Source: Acidobacteriota bacterium
GTDB lineage: Bacteria > Acidobacteriota > Thermoanaerobaculia > Multivoradales > JAGPDF01
Direction: 5' to 3'
Assembly (NCBI GenBank): GCA_011525905.1
Contig: WYBK01000176.1
Span: 1-45,656 of the forward strand
Length of the DNA stretch: 45,656 nucleotides
Shown here: in pieces, positions 25,194-40,607 of the stretch
Layout of the letters: every line of letters starts with the position of its first letter
Position numbering within the stretch: position 1 is the stretch's first letter
Made by a program: the position numbers and the translations under genes
Notes under the pieces: generated by a model
The model's input: the letters and a program-made list of their open reading frames with translations, nothing else
What the model was told of the DNA's origin: nothing
Database searches by the model: none

Positions 25194-26405
25194 GTGCTCG
25201 ACGGCGAACGCGTCTCACCGAAGATCGGCAAGTTTCGCCCTTCGGCGACCCTCCTGCTCAAGGCGGTCGCGGGGGAGCGCCGCGCCGAGGGCAAGCCGGT
25301 CTTCGACTTCGGGCTGGGCGAGACCAAGGGGAGCCTGGCGCCGCACGTGCGCGAGGCTTTCCTGCGCGCCATCTCGACCGAGCAGACGATGTACGGCGAC
25401 CCGGCCGGTCTGCCGGAGCTGCGCCAGGCGGTGCTCGCCTGGCTCGGGCTCGAGCGCGCCGGCTACGGCGTCGAGAACGTGATCGTCACCAACGGCGCCA
25501 AGCAGAGCCTGTTCAACGTCTTCCTGGCGGTCTGCAACCCCGCCGACTGCGTGCTCTTCGACGCCGCGCCCTGGGTCTCCTACCAGCCGCTGGCGAGCGC
25601 GGCCTACGCTTTCCCGGTCATGGTGGTGCCCCGCGCGGGCGCCGGCAACCGGCTCAAGGTGACCGCCGACGACCTGCGGCGCAACCTCGACCTGCGGCCG
25701 CACGCCAAGCTCTTCCTGCTCAACAACCCGGTCAACCCGACCGGACAGCTCTACGACGCCGACGAGACCGAGGCGTTGCTCGCGGTCTGCGTCGAGCGCC
25801 GGGTCTACTTCGTGCTCGACCGGCTCTACTGGCGCCTGCTGTTCGACGGCCGCAGCTTCCCCGAGCCGCGCGTCGACGACCAGACCCGCCCCTGGCTGAT
25901 CCAGGTCGACGGCATGTCGAAGAACTTCCGCCGGGCCGGCGGGTTGCGCATCGGCTGGAGCGTGGCGCCGAGCGACGTCGCGCGCGCCATGGCGAACCTC
26001 CAGAGCCACTACACCTCGGGTCCGTCGACGCCGGCGCAGCACGCCTCGCTCGCCGCGATCTCGCGCCCCTACCAGGGGGGGCTGCGCGAGGAGCTCGAGA
26101 GCAATCGCGACCTCCTGGCGCGGCTGGGGCCGAAACCGCCGCGCGTCGAGATCTGGCCGACCCCCGCTTCGTTCTACTCGTTCTGGGACGTGCGCGGCTG
26201 CTTCGGCCTGAAGGCTCCGGACGGCGTCGAGATGCGCTCGTCCGACGACGTCGCCGCCTGGCTCGCCCGCTCCGAGGGGGTGATCACCGCTTCCGGCTCC
26301 GCCTTCGAGCAGGAGGGCTACTTGCGCCTCTCCTTCGCGGTTCCGCCCGAGGAGCTGCTCGAGGGGATGGAGGCCGCGCGCCGGGCGATCGCGGCGCTCG
26401 GCTGA
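25194..26405 (+). CDS. PLP-dependent aminotransferase, class I/II
   Basis: 403 aa. The GTG start is 3 nt after the kamA-like stop. NNPVNPTG and the SKNFRRAGGLRIGW Lys motif. Confidence 0.85.
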   Translation: MLDGERVSPKIGKFRPSATLLLKAVAGERRAEGKPVFDFGLGETKGSLAPHVREAFLRAISTEQTMYGDPAGLPELRQAVLAWLGLERAGYGVENVIVTNGAKQSLFNVFLAVCNPADCVLFDAAPWVSYQPLASAAYAFPVMVVPRAGAGNRLKVTADDLRRNLDLRPHAKLFLLNNPVNPTGQLYDADETEALLAVCVERRVYFVLDRLYWRLLFDGRSFPEPRVDDQTRPWLIQVDGMSKNFRRAGGLRIGWSVAPSDVARAMANLQSHYTSGPSTPAQHASLAAISRPYQGGLREELESNRDLLARLGPKPPRVEIWPTPASFYSFWDVRGCFGLKAPDGVEMRSSDDVAAWLARSEGVITASGSAFEQEGYLRLSFAVPPEELLEGMEAARRAIAALG

Positions 26406-26438
26406 GCGACGGCCGGCCTCTGCGATAGAAATGGGGGA

Positions 26439-27350
26439 GTGCGGCTCTCCCGGCTCCGTCCGATCCTCGTGGCCCTCGGCGCGCTCGCCGCGCTCGGCGC
26501 CGGCGCCTGCACGCTCCTCGCGCCCACCTTCACGCCGTCGGTCGGCACCGACTCGATGTCCGCGCAGGGCATCCAGAGCCGCTTCGCGTCCTGGTTGGGC
26601 CCGTCGCCGGCGCCCGGCGAGGTGCACTACACGGTCGCCGGCCGCGCGGCCGGAGGGTCCCGCGTCCTCTTCGTCCACGGCTCGCCGGGGACCTGGGAGG
26701 CCTTCCGTGGCTACCTGACGGACGCCAAGCTGAACGCGGCGGCGCGGCTGATCGCGCCAGATCGGCCCGGCTTCGGCGGGACGCGGCGCGGGCGCGCCGA
26801 GCCGTCGCTCGAGCTGCAGGCCGCGGCCGTCGCTTCGGCGCTCGACGCCGAGCCGGGGGAGCCCGCGGTGGTCGTCGGTCACAGCCTCGGCGGGCCCATC
26901 GCGTTGCGGCTGGCGGTCGACCGACCCGACCTGGTCGGCGCGCTGCTCCTGGTGGCGCCGTCGATCGACCCGGCGCTCGAGCGCCGCCGCTGGTACAACC
27001 GGGCCGGCTCCTGGCGAGCCGTCCAGTGGCTGCTGCCGGTCGATTGGATCGCGTCGAACCGGGAGCTCTGGCCGCTGCGCGCCGAGCTCGAGGAGCTGGC
27101 GCCGCGGCTTCGGGAGGTGCGCGCTCCGACGCTCGTGATCCAGGGCGAGGAGGACGATCTGGTGCCGCCGGAGAACGCCGACTACGCGGAGCGCGCCCTG
27201 GTGGGGGCGAGCTCGCTCGAGATCCGCCGCGTGCCGGGAGAGGGGCACTTCCTGCTCTGGACCCGCGGCGAGCTGGTCGGCGAAGCGATCCTCGAGGCCC
27301 TCGAGAGGGGACGCCGCGCGGTGTCCGCGACGGGAGGGGTGAGCCGATGA
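26439..27350 (+). CDS. Alpha/beta-hydrolase lipoprotein
   Basis: 303 aa. Lipobox LGAGAC, nucleophile elbow GHSLGG, and C-terminal GEGHFLL His. Confidence 0.8.
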   Translation: MRLSRLRPILVALGALAALGAGACTLLAPTFTPSVGTDSMSAQGIQSRFASWLGPSPAPGEVHYTVAGRAAGGSRVLFVHGSPGTWEAFRGYLTDAKLNAAARLIAPDRPGFGGTRRGRAEPSLELQAAAVASALDAEPGEPAVVVGHSLGGPIALRLAVDRPDLVGALLLVAPSIDPALERRRWYNRAGSWRAVQWLLPVDWIASNRELWPLRAELEELAPRLREVRAPTLVIQGEEDDLVPPENADYAERALVGASSLEIRRVPGEGHFLLWTRGELVGEAILEALERGRRAVSATGGVSR

Positions 27351-27781
27351 CCGCGCCCGCCGGCGGCGAGCGCGCGCTCGTCCGGCTGCTCGCCGGGCTG
27401 CAGCCCGCGCTCGATCCGGTCGGCTACCGTTTCCTCTCGCTGGACGAGGCGCGCGCCGCACCCCGGCTGCGCGAGGCCGTCGCCGTGGTCCGCGAGCAAG
27501 AAGGAGTGACGCTCGTGGTCGGCGATCCGGGGCTCTCGGAGCGCGCCGACGATTCGGTCGGGGCGTGGGCGCGCATCGTGCTGACCGTCCACTCCGACCT
27601 CGAGGCGGTCGGGTTGCTCGCCGCCGTCGCGGAGCGCCTGGCGGCGCGCGGCATCCCGGTCAACGCCATGGCCGGCTGGTTCCACGATCACCTCTTCGTC
27701 CCCTGGGGGCGGCGCCGGGCAGCGCTCGCGGCCCTGGTCGAGCTCCAGCGCGAGGCGGCGGCGGGCGCCGGAGACGAGTGA
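27347..27781 (+). CDS. ACT-domain protein (COG3602-like)
   Basis: 144 aa. ATGA overlap with the hydrolase. The pattern of a small ACT-type regulatory fold (VGLLAAVAERLAARGIPVNAMAGWFHDHLFV). Confidence 0.5.
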   Translation: MTAPAGGERALVRLLAGLQPALDPVGYRFLSLDEARAAPRLREAVAVVREQEGVTLVVGDPGLSERADDSVGAWARIVLTVHSDLEAVGLLAAVAERLAARGIPVNAMAGWFHDHLFVPWGRRRAALAALVELQREAAAGAGDE

Positions 27782-27848
27782 GCCGCCGGCTCGCGCGCCC
27801 CCCTCTGCTACGATTCCGCCGGCCCGCGAGCGGGCGCCACGGAGGATC

Positions 27849-29722
<1,874 letters not shown>

Positions 29723-29726
<4 letters not shown>

Positions 29727-30750
29727 GCGGCTCGACGACTCTGTCCAAGAAGGACTTCCAGACCGACCAGGAGGTCCGCTGGTGCCCGGGGTGCGGCGAC
29801 TACGCGATCCTCTCGGCGGTGCAGGCGGTCTTTCCCGAGCTCGGCGTGCCGCGCGAGCGATTCGTCGTGGTCTCGGGAATCGGTTGCTCGTCGCGCTTCC
29901 CCTACTACATGAACACCTTCGGCTTCCACACGATCCACGGCCGCGCGCCGGCGGTGGCGACCGGGCTGAAGGTGGCGCGCCCCGACCTCGAGGTCTGGAT
30001 CGCGACCGGCGACGGGGACGCGCTGTCGATCGGCGGCAACCATCTGATCCACGCCCTGCGGCGCAACGTCGGCGTCAAGATCCTGATGTTCAACAACCGG
30101 ATCTACGGGCTGACCAAGGGGCAGTACTCGCCGACCTCGGAAGCGGGCAAGCGGACCAAGTCGAGCCCGTTCGGCTCGGTCGATCACCCCTTCAACGCCC
30201 TCTCCGTGGCGATCGGAGCCGGCGCCACCTTCGTCGCGCGCTCGATCGACGTCCTCCAGGCGCACCTGAAAGAGACCCTGCGCGCCGCCGCGGCCCACCG
30301 CGGCACGGCCTTCGTCGAGATCTACCAGAACTGCAACATCTTCAACGACAAGGCGTTCGCCCACCTGACCGAGAAGGAGGTGCGCGACGACGCCCTGGTC
30401 CACCTGGAGACCGGCAAGCCGATGGTCTTCGGCAAGGGGCGCGACCGGGGCATCCGCCTCAAGGGCACCGAGCTCGAGGTGATCCGATTCGCCGACGGTT
30501 TCGGCCCGGACGACTGCCTGGTCTGGGACGACAGGCGCAGCAACCCGGCGATCGCCTTCATGGTCGCGCAGATGGGGCGCCCCGACTTCCCGACCCCGAT
30601 CGGCGTGCTGCGGCGGGTCGACAAGTCGACCTTCGAGACGGGCATGGTCGGCCAGATCGAGCGCGAGACCGAGAAGCGCGGCGTCGGCAACCTGCAGCAG
30701 CTGATCCACTCCGGCGACCTCTGGACCGTCCACGAGGACGGCACGATCTC

Positions 30751-30754
<4 letters not shown>
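29723..30754 (+). CDS. korB: 2-oxoglutarate/2-oxoacid:ferredoxin oxidoreductase, beta (TPP) subunit
   Basis: 343 aa. ATGA overlap. WCPGCGDY, GIGCSSR, GDGDALSIGGNH. Confidence 0.9.
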
Positions 30755-32774
<2,020 letters not shown>

Positions 32775-32778
<4 letters not shown>

Positions 32779-33386
32779 CCGGCTTCGGGCGGGCCCGCGG
32801 CGCCGGCGAGAAGCTCGCGCGACGCCGCCAGCTCCTCGAAGCCGCCGCGAGCTGCCTCGACGCTCGAGGGTACGCCGCGACGACGATGGCACAGGTCGCC
32901 GAAACCGCCGGCCTCGCCAAGGGGACCACCTATCTCTACTTCGGCAGCAAGGAGGCGCTCTTCCTCGAGCTGCTGAGCGAGGCACTCGAGGAGTGGTGCG
33001 TGGCGGCCCTGCGGGCGCTCGAGAGCTCGCTGGCGGAGGAGGTCGACGGGGTTGCGGCGGCGCTCGCGCGCGCCCTCGCCGAACGGCCGCGCTTCGCCCG
33101 CCTGCTCGCGCTGCGCCTGCCGGTGCTCGAGCCCGGGGCGGGCGAGGGCGCGCGGGCCGAGTTCGGCCGGCGTTGGCGCGAGGCGCTCGCGCCGCTCGCC
33201 GACCGGCTCGAGCCGTTCGCAAGCCCGGGCGGCGGGCGCCGGACGGCCGAACGGCTGCTGGCGTTGTCCGCCGGGACGCCGTTCGAGGACGCCGGCGACG
33301 AGCGCGCGGTCTCGGCTTCGATCGTCCGATCGGACGAGCTGGCGCGGGGCTTCGCCGCGCTCCTGCGCGGCGGCCGGCGCGCCTGA
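32775..33386 (+). CDS. TetR-family transcriptional regulator
   Basis: 203 aa. GTGA overlap with the glgX stop. HTH TTMAQVAETAGLAKGTTYLYFGSKEALF. Confidence 0.85.
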
Positions 33387-33471
33387 GCGCGGGCCGCCCG
33401 GCCGGCTCGTCGAGTACTTCCCCCTGATAACCTAGCCGCTTCTTTCCGGACGCCGCCCGAGGGGGACCGCG

Positions 33472-35406
<1,935 letters not shown>

Positions 35407-35429
35407 GAGCCGCGGATGGAGGCGAGGCC

Positions 35430-37178
35430 CTGAGCTCTGCCGACGAGCCGGAGGTCCCGGGGGCCGACCAGGAGACGGTCGCGCTCGGCGCGGACGGCGC
35501 GGCGCCGACCCTGATCCTCGACGGCACGGCGGCCGGAGAGCGGCTCGCCGCCGCGGCCACCGTCGCGCCGCCGGCGCAGGGGCCGGCCGCGAGCGCTCCG
35601 TCGGCGTCCTCCCGGCCGTTCGCGGGGCGCTACCGGCTCGAGTCGGAGCTCGGCGCGGGCGGCATGGGCCGGGTCGCCCTCGCGGAGGATCTCTTCCTCG
35701 GGCGCCGGGTCGCCCTCAAGACGCTCTGGCGCGACCGCGCCTACGACGAGGAGGAGCTCGCGCGCTTCCGGCGCGAGGTGGCTCTGGCGCACGCGGTCAG
35801 TCATCCGAACGTCGCCCGCACTTACGATCTGGGGGAAGTGGAGGGGGTGAGCTACCTCACGATGGAATACCTCGAGGGGGAGACCCTCGAGGCCCGACTG
35901 CTGCGCCGCCTGCGGCTGAGCGGGGAAGAGCTGCGCGAGCTCGCGATTCCGCTCTGCCTGGGCCTGCGCGCCGCGCACCGCGCCGGCGTCGTGCACCGCG
36001 ACCTCAAGCCGTCGAACGTGATGCTGGTCGAGGGGGCGCGGCGGGTCGTCCTGATGGACTTCGGCATCGCCGGCTGGGCGCGCGGACGAGAGCCGGCGAC
36101 CGGCGAGGCTCCCGGCCCGGACGGGGTGCAGGCCCGCTCCGACGTCACCTCCGCCGGCTTCGGCACCCCGCTCTTCATGGCGCCCGAGCAGTGGGAAGGG
36201 GGAGAGGCCGATCCGCGCACCGATCTCTACGCGCTCGGCGTGATCCTCTTCCTGGCGCTCACCGGGCGCACGCCCTACGGTGCCGCCGAGATCGGCGAGC
36301 TCGGGCGCCTGCACCGCGAGGCGCCGGTACCCGACCCCCGAGAGCTGGCGCCCGAGATCGGTGCGGGCCTCGCCCGGCTGGTGCGCCGCTGTCTGGCGAA
36401 GCGCCCGGAGGAGCGGCCGCGCTCGGTCGACGAGGTGCTCGAGCAGCTCGAGATGCCCGCCCGCCGCCGCCGATTCGCCTGGCAGATGGCCGCGCTCGGC
36501 GCGGCGGTGACCCTGCTGCTCGCCGGTCTGGGGGTGCTGCTGACCCGCAGCGCCGAGCGGGCGATCCTCGCCGAGCTGCGCCCGGGCCTGCGGACGCTCG
36601 CCGAGCTGGTGGCCGCCGAGCTCGACCCGGAAGACCTCGACCGGGTGCGCGGCGTCGCGGACGTCGAGTCCGAAGCCTTCCGCCGGATCGCCGATCGGCT
36701 GGTCGCACGCTCGCAGCAGCTACCCGACGAGGCCGACGTCTACGTCCTGCGCCCCGGGGCGCAGCCGGGCCACTATTTCGTCGTCTGCGATCCCGCCCCG
36801 AGCAGCGCGAGGCCCGCCGGCGAGCGGGCGTTCGAGTCGCTGCCCGGCGCGGCGTACGACGGCAGCGCCTTCCCGACGATGACCGAGGCGCTGGCCAGCG
36901 GTCGCGCGGCGGCCGAGCCGAGCTTCTCGCTCGATGCCGGCCGGTACGTGCTCTCCGGCTTCGCCGTGAAACAGACGTCGGCGCCCGATGGCCCCTACCT
37001 GATCGGCGTCGACGCGACCCACGGCCGCCTGGCCGCGATCGCGCGCACGATCCGGGGGTCCGTGGCGGCGGTCTGGCTCGCCGTGCTCGCGGCGCTGGCG
37101 CTCGCCCTGCGCCCCCGCCGCCAGCTGCGAGCGAGCTGGCGGCGGGCGGCCGAGCCGTTCAGGCGGCGAGGACCTTGA
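35430..37178 (+). CDS. Membrane Ser/Thr protein kinase with C-terminal extracytoplasmic domain; start codon uncertain
   Basis: Hanks motifs GAGGMGRV, VALK, HRDLKPSN, DFG, APE. TM segment AALGAAVTLLLAGLGVLL. No in-frame ATG/GTG/TTG lies between the acs stop and the G-loop. CTG 35430 overlaps the TGA of a 5-codon uORF. Confidence 0.75.
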   Translation: MSSADEPEVPGADQETVALGADGAAPTLILDGTAAGERLAAAATVAPPAQGPAASAPSASSRPFAGRYRLESELGAGGMGRVALAEDLFLGRRVALKTLWRDRAYDEEELARFRREVALAHAVSHPNVARTYDLGEVEGVSYLTMEYLEGETLEARLLRRLRLSGEELRELAIPLCLGLRAAHRAGVVHRDLKPSNVMLVEGARRVVLMDFGIAGWARGREPATGEAPGPDGVQARSDVTSAGFGTPLFMAPEQWEGGEADPRTDLYALGVILFLALTGRTPYGAAEIGELGRLHREAPVPDPRELAPEIGAGLARLVRRCLAKRPEERPRSVDEVLEQLEMPARRRRFAWQMAALGAAVTLLLAGLGVLLTRSAERAILAELRPGLRTLAELVAAELDPEDLDRVRGVADVESEAFRRIADRLVARSQQLPDEADVYVLRPGAQPGHYFVVCDPAPSSARPAGERAFESLPGAAYDGSAFPTMTEALASGRAAAEPSFSLDAGRYVLSGFAVKQTSAPDGPYLIGVDATHGRLAAIARTIRGSVAAVWLAVLAALALALRPRRQLRASWRRAAEPFRRRGP

Positions 37179-38379
37179 CGGTGCGGCCGACGCCGTCGAG
37201 CATGTGGCGCAGGTGGTCGTAGTCGGGGTGCTTCATCCGGATCCAGGCATTGGCCATGTAGCCGGCGGAGACGTCGGCGGTGGGCGTTCCGGGCGGCGGC
37301 AGGTGGGAGTCGATGATCCACTCGCCGTACTCCCGCTCGATCCGGTCGATCCCCTCGTAGCCCGAGATGCGGCCGTCGCGGTCGGGCCGCAGGTTGATCA
37401 TGCCCGCGGCGTAGCGGCGGGACGGGGTCTGCCCCGGATGGCCGTGGACGATGGCCATCGCCCACTCGCGGTAGATGTCGAAGTCGTTGGCCGCGGCGTA
37501 GAGATCCCAGACGCCGACTCCCGGCGGCCGGCAGCCGATCTCGGAGAACTTCAGCCCCTTGGGCCCGAAGAACCACTCCATGTGGGTCGCCGAGGTGCCG
37601 ATCTCGAGTGCCTCGATCACCCGCTGCCCGAGCCGCTTGACCTCGGAGTAGCCGGGCGCGTCCACCCGGTTCGTGGTGACGATCTGGGGAGAGATCCAGC
37701 GTGTGCGCATCGCCTCGAGCACGCCGGGGTAGTAGTGCGAGATGAAGTCGTGGACGACGCGGCCGCCGATGGTCAGCGTGTCGTAGAAGCCCTCGTGCCC
37801 CTCGATGAACTCCTCGGCCGCCACGGAGTGTCCACGGTCGAGCCCCTGGGCGACGATCGCGCTCTCGAGCTCGCGCTCGTTGTCGACCCGCTGGGTGCCC
37901 GAGGCGCCGGCGGCGCTGCGCGGCTTGAGCACCAGCGGGAAGCCGACCTCGGCGGCGAACATGCGCAGCTCCTGCGGCGAGGAGACGCCGCGCGACTGCG
38001 CCGTCGGCACGCCGGCCTGGCGCAGCGCGTCCTTCATCGCCGGCTTGTCCCGGCAGAGGAAGGCCGTGCGAACCGAGGTGCCGGGGATGGTCGCCGCCTC
38101 GCGCACCTTGGCCACCGGCAGGATGTGCGCCTCCACCGTGGCCTCCAAACGGTCGACCCACTCCCGGTGCTGCACGCGGCGGACGGCCTCCATCAGCGCC
38201 CCTTCGTCGACCACCGTGCGGACCCGCTCGTAGCCGTGGAGCCAGCTCTTGAGCTCGGGGTCGAGCGCTTCGGCCGGAGCCTCGCCGATTCCGGTCACGC
38301 GGGCGCCGACCGCGTGCAGGCCGCGCACGAACTGGCGCTGGTTGTAGGGGAACTTGGGCTCGACGAACAGGACGTGCAT
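37159..38379 (-). CDS. ATP-grasp domain ligase (carboxylate-amine ligase type)
   Basis: 406 aa. ATG 38379 is preceded by GGGAGGG. FPLVLKPRSAAGASG, EEFIEGHE, EIGCRPPG. Confidence 0.8.
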   Translation of the reverse strand: MHVLFVEPKFPYNQRQFVRGLHAVGARVTGIGEAPAEALDPELKSWLHGYERVRTVVDEGALMEAVRRVQHREWVDRLEATVEAHILPVAKVREAATIPGTSVRTAFLCRDKPAMKDALRQAGVPTAQSRGVSSPQELRMFAAEVGFPLVLKPRSAAGASGTQRVDNERELESAIVAQGLDRGHSVAAEEFIEGHEGFYDTLTIGGRVVHDFISHYYPGVLEAMRTRWISPQIVTTNRVDAPGYSEVKRLGQRVIEALEIGTSATHMEWFFGPKGLKFSEIGCRPPGVGVWDLYAAANDFDIYREWAMAIVHGHPGQTPSRRYAAGMINLRPDRDGRISGYEGIDRIEREYGEWIIDSHLPPPGTPTADVSAGYMANAWIRMKHPDYDHLRHMLDGVGRTVKVLAA

Positions 38380-38503
38380 GGTCCCTCCCGAATCGCTGCA
38401 CCAGGAAGTGTAGCCCGCCTCTCTCGCCGGGCGCGACCCGACCGGCTGGCGGGCCCGCGGCCCGCCTGGTCTCGCGGCGCGGCAGCGCGTAGGATGGTTC
38501 GTC

Positions 38504-39433
38504 ATGCCCTTCGTCGCGCTGCTCGGACCCCAGCGCTTCACGCCCACGCTGGGCGAGGCGGTGCGCTCGCTCGGCATCGAGGGGCGCCTCGCCTCGGTGA
38601 CCGCCGGGTGGCAGGAGCGCGAGGCAGAAGACCTCGAGCTGCACGAGCACCTCGGCGAGCGGACGGTCAATCTCCAGCTCTACGCTCGCGGCGAGGATGT
38701 CGCCGAGCGCGACCCGGAGCTGGCCGCCGCCCATCGCGAGCGCCAGGCCGAGCTGCGCGAGCTCCAAGGTCTCTACCGGCTGCGCCTGGCGGCGGCGATG
38801 GAGGCGTGCGCGGCGCTCGAGCGTTCGAGCGCGCCCGAGCGGCTGCGCGAGCGCGAGATCGAGGCCGCCCTCGAGGAGATCCGCAGGCTCGATGCCCACC
38901 ACTTCGAACGGGTGACCGAGATCGACGAGGCCTTCGAGCGGTCGATTCGGCCGGGCGAGCGGCCCCAGGTGGCGCGGCACCGCAGAGCGGTCGCGCGGCT
39001 GCTGGACCGCACCGAAGCGGTCGCGATCGCCGGCGGGCACGTCGCGATCCTGCTCAACCGCTTGCGCACGTTCGGGCTCGACGGCGAGCTCGGTCGGCGG
39101 CCGGTGCTGGCCTGGTCGGCGGGGGCGATGGCGGTTTCCGAGCGGATCGTGCTCTTCCACGATGCTCCGCCGCAGGGCTCGGGCGCGCCCGAAGTGCTCG
39201 GGGCCGGCCTCGGGCTGGTGCGCGGGCTCGTGCCGTTGCCGCATGCACGGCGGCGGCTCGAGCTCGGGGACGCCGGGCGGGTCGCCCGCTTCGCCCGCCG
39301 CTTCGCGCCGGCGCTGGCGGTGGCGATGGACGACGGCTGCCGGCTCGAGATCCGGCCGGACGGGTGGCGAGCCTCGCCGGGGCTCTGGAGCCTGACCTCG
39401 ACGGGGGCGGTGCTGCCGCTCGACGCGGCATGA
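38504..39433 (+). CDS. Peptidase S51 (PepE/cyanophycinase)-like protein with a long helical insertion
   Basis: 309 aa. AIAGGHVAILL (GGN-like), LAWSAGAMA (Ser205 codon 39116-39118), LVPLPHARRR. Residues ~55-165 are charged and helical. Confidence 0.6.
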   Translation: MPFVALLGPQRFTPTLGEAVRSLGIEGRLASVTAGWQEREAEDLELHEHLGERTVNLQLYARGEDVAERDPELAAAHRERQAELRELQGLYRLRLAAAMEACAALERSSAPERLREREIEAALEEIRRLDAHHFERVTEIDEAFERSIRPGERPQVARHRRAVARLLDRTEAVAIAGGHVAILLNRLRTFGLDGELGRRPVLAWSAGAMAVSERIVLFHDAPPQGSGAPEVLGAGLGLVRGLVPLPHARRRLELGDAGRVARFARRFAPALAVAMDDGCRLEIRPDGWRASPGLWSLTSTGAVLPLDAA

Positions 39434-40566
39434 GCCGCGCGTTGCGCGAGCTGATCGAGGCCGGGCCGGTCACGCCGGCGGCGCTCGACGCCTTTCTCGC
39501 CGGTCGCCAGGTGCCGATGGTCGAAGGGGGGACCGTGACTTTCCTCTACCGCGGCGAGGCGGACGCGGTCTACCTGCAGCACTGGATCTACGGCCTGCCG
39601 GCGGCGGTTCCCTTCACCCGGCTCGACGGCACCGACCTCTGGTATCTGGCCCAGGAGATCCCGGTGCGGTCGCGAGTCGAATACAAGCTCGAGGTCCAAG
39701 AGGGGGACCGATCCCGGCTGATCCGCGACCCGCTCAACCCGCTGCTCGCCCACGATCCGTTCGGCGCCAACTCGGTGTGTCAGGGGGCCGACTACCGCCC
39801 GCCCCGCTGGGCCGAGCCCGACCCGGAGTCGCGTCCGGGCCGGGTCGAGACGTTGCGCATCGATTCGGCGGCGCTCGGCCGCAGCGAGGAGGTCGGCCTC
39901 TACCTGCCGGCGCGCTTCCGGCCGACGCGCCGCTATCCGCTGCTGGTGGTGCACGACGGCTTCGACTACTTGCGCTACGCGGCGCTGCAGACCGTCCTCG
40001 ACAACCTGATCCACCGCAACGAGGTCGCCGGGATGATCGTGGCGCTCACCCAGTCGCGCGATCGCCTGCGCGAGTACGCCGCCGACGAGCGCCACGCCCG
40101 CTTCCTCGTCGAGGAGCTGGTGCCGCGGCTCGAGCGCGACTATCCGCTCGCCGCGGGACCGGCCCAACGCGGCCTGATGGGCGCGAGCTTCGGCGCGGTC
40201 GCCTCGCTCGCCACGGCCTGGCGCCATCCGGGGTGTTTCGGCCGGCTGCTGCTGCAGTCGGGGTCGTTCGCCTTCACCGACATCGGCCCCTCGCGGCGGG
40301 GGCCCGCCTTCGAGCCGGTCGTCGAGTTCGTCAACGCCTTCCGCGCGCGGCCGGCGGCGGTCGCCGAGCGGGTCTTCGTCAGCTGCGGAGTCTACGAGTC
40401 GCTGATCTACGAGAACCGCTCGATCGTTCCGCTACTGCAGCGGACCGGCATGCAAGTGCGCTACGTCGAGGCCCACGACGGCCACAACTGGGAGAACTGG
40501 CGCGACCGCCTGCGCGAGGGGCTCTCCTACCTCTTTCCCGGCCCGCTCTGGATGATTTACGAGTAG
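39430..40566 (+). CDS. Esterase, PF00756-type (enterochelin-esterase-like, with an N-terminal beta-sandwich domain)
   Basis: 378 aa. ATGA overlap. YPLLVVHDG, GASFG nucleophile elbow, HDGHNWENW. Confidence 0.75.
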   Translation: MSRALRELIEAGPVTPAALDAFLAGRQVPMVEGGTVTFLYRGEADAVYLQHWIYGLPAAVPFTRLDGTDLWYLAQEIPVRSRVEYKLEVQEGDRSRLIRDPLNPLLAHDPFGANSVCQGADYRPPRWAEPDPESRPGRVETLRIDSAALGRSEEVGLYLPARFRPTRRYPLLVVHDGFDYLRYAALQTVLDNLIHRNEVAGMIVALTQSRDRLREYAADERHARFLVEELVPRLERDYPLAAGPAQRGLMGASFGAVASLATAWRHPGCFGRLLLQSGSFAFTDIGPSRRGPAFEPVVEFVNAFRARPAAVAERVFVSCGVYESLIYENRSIVPLLQRTGMQVRYVEAHDGHNWENWRDRLREGLSYLFPGPLWMIYE

Positions 40567-40607
40567 GTTTGAGCTAGATTGCCCGCGATCGCGTGGAGGC
40601 TGCGACC

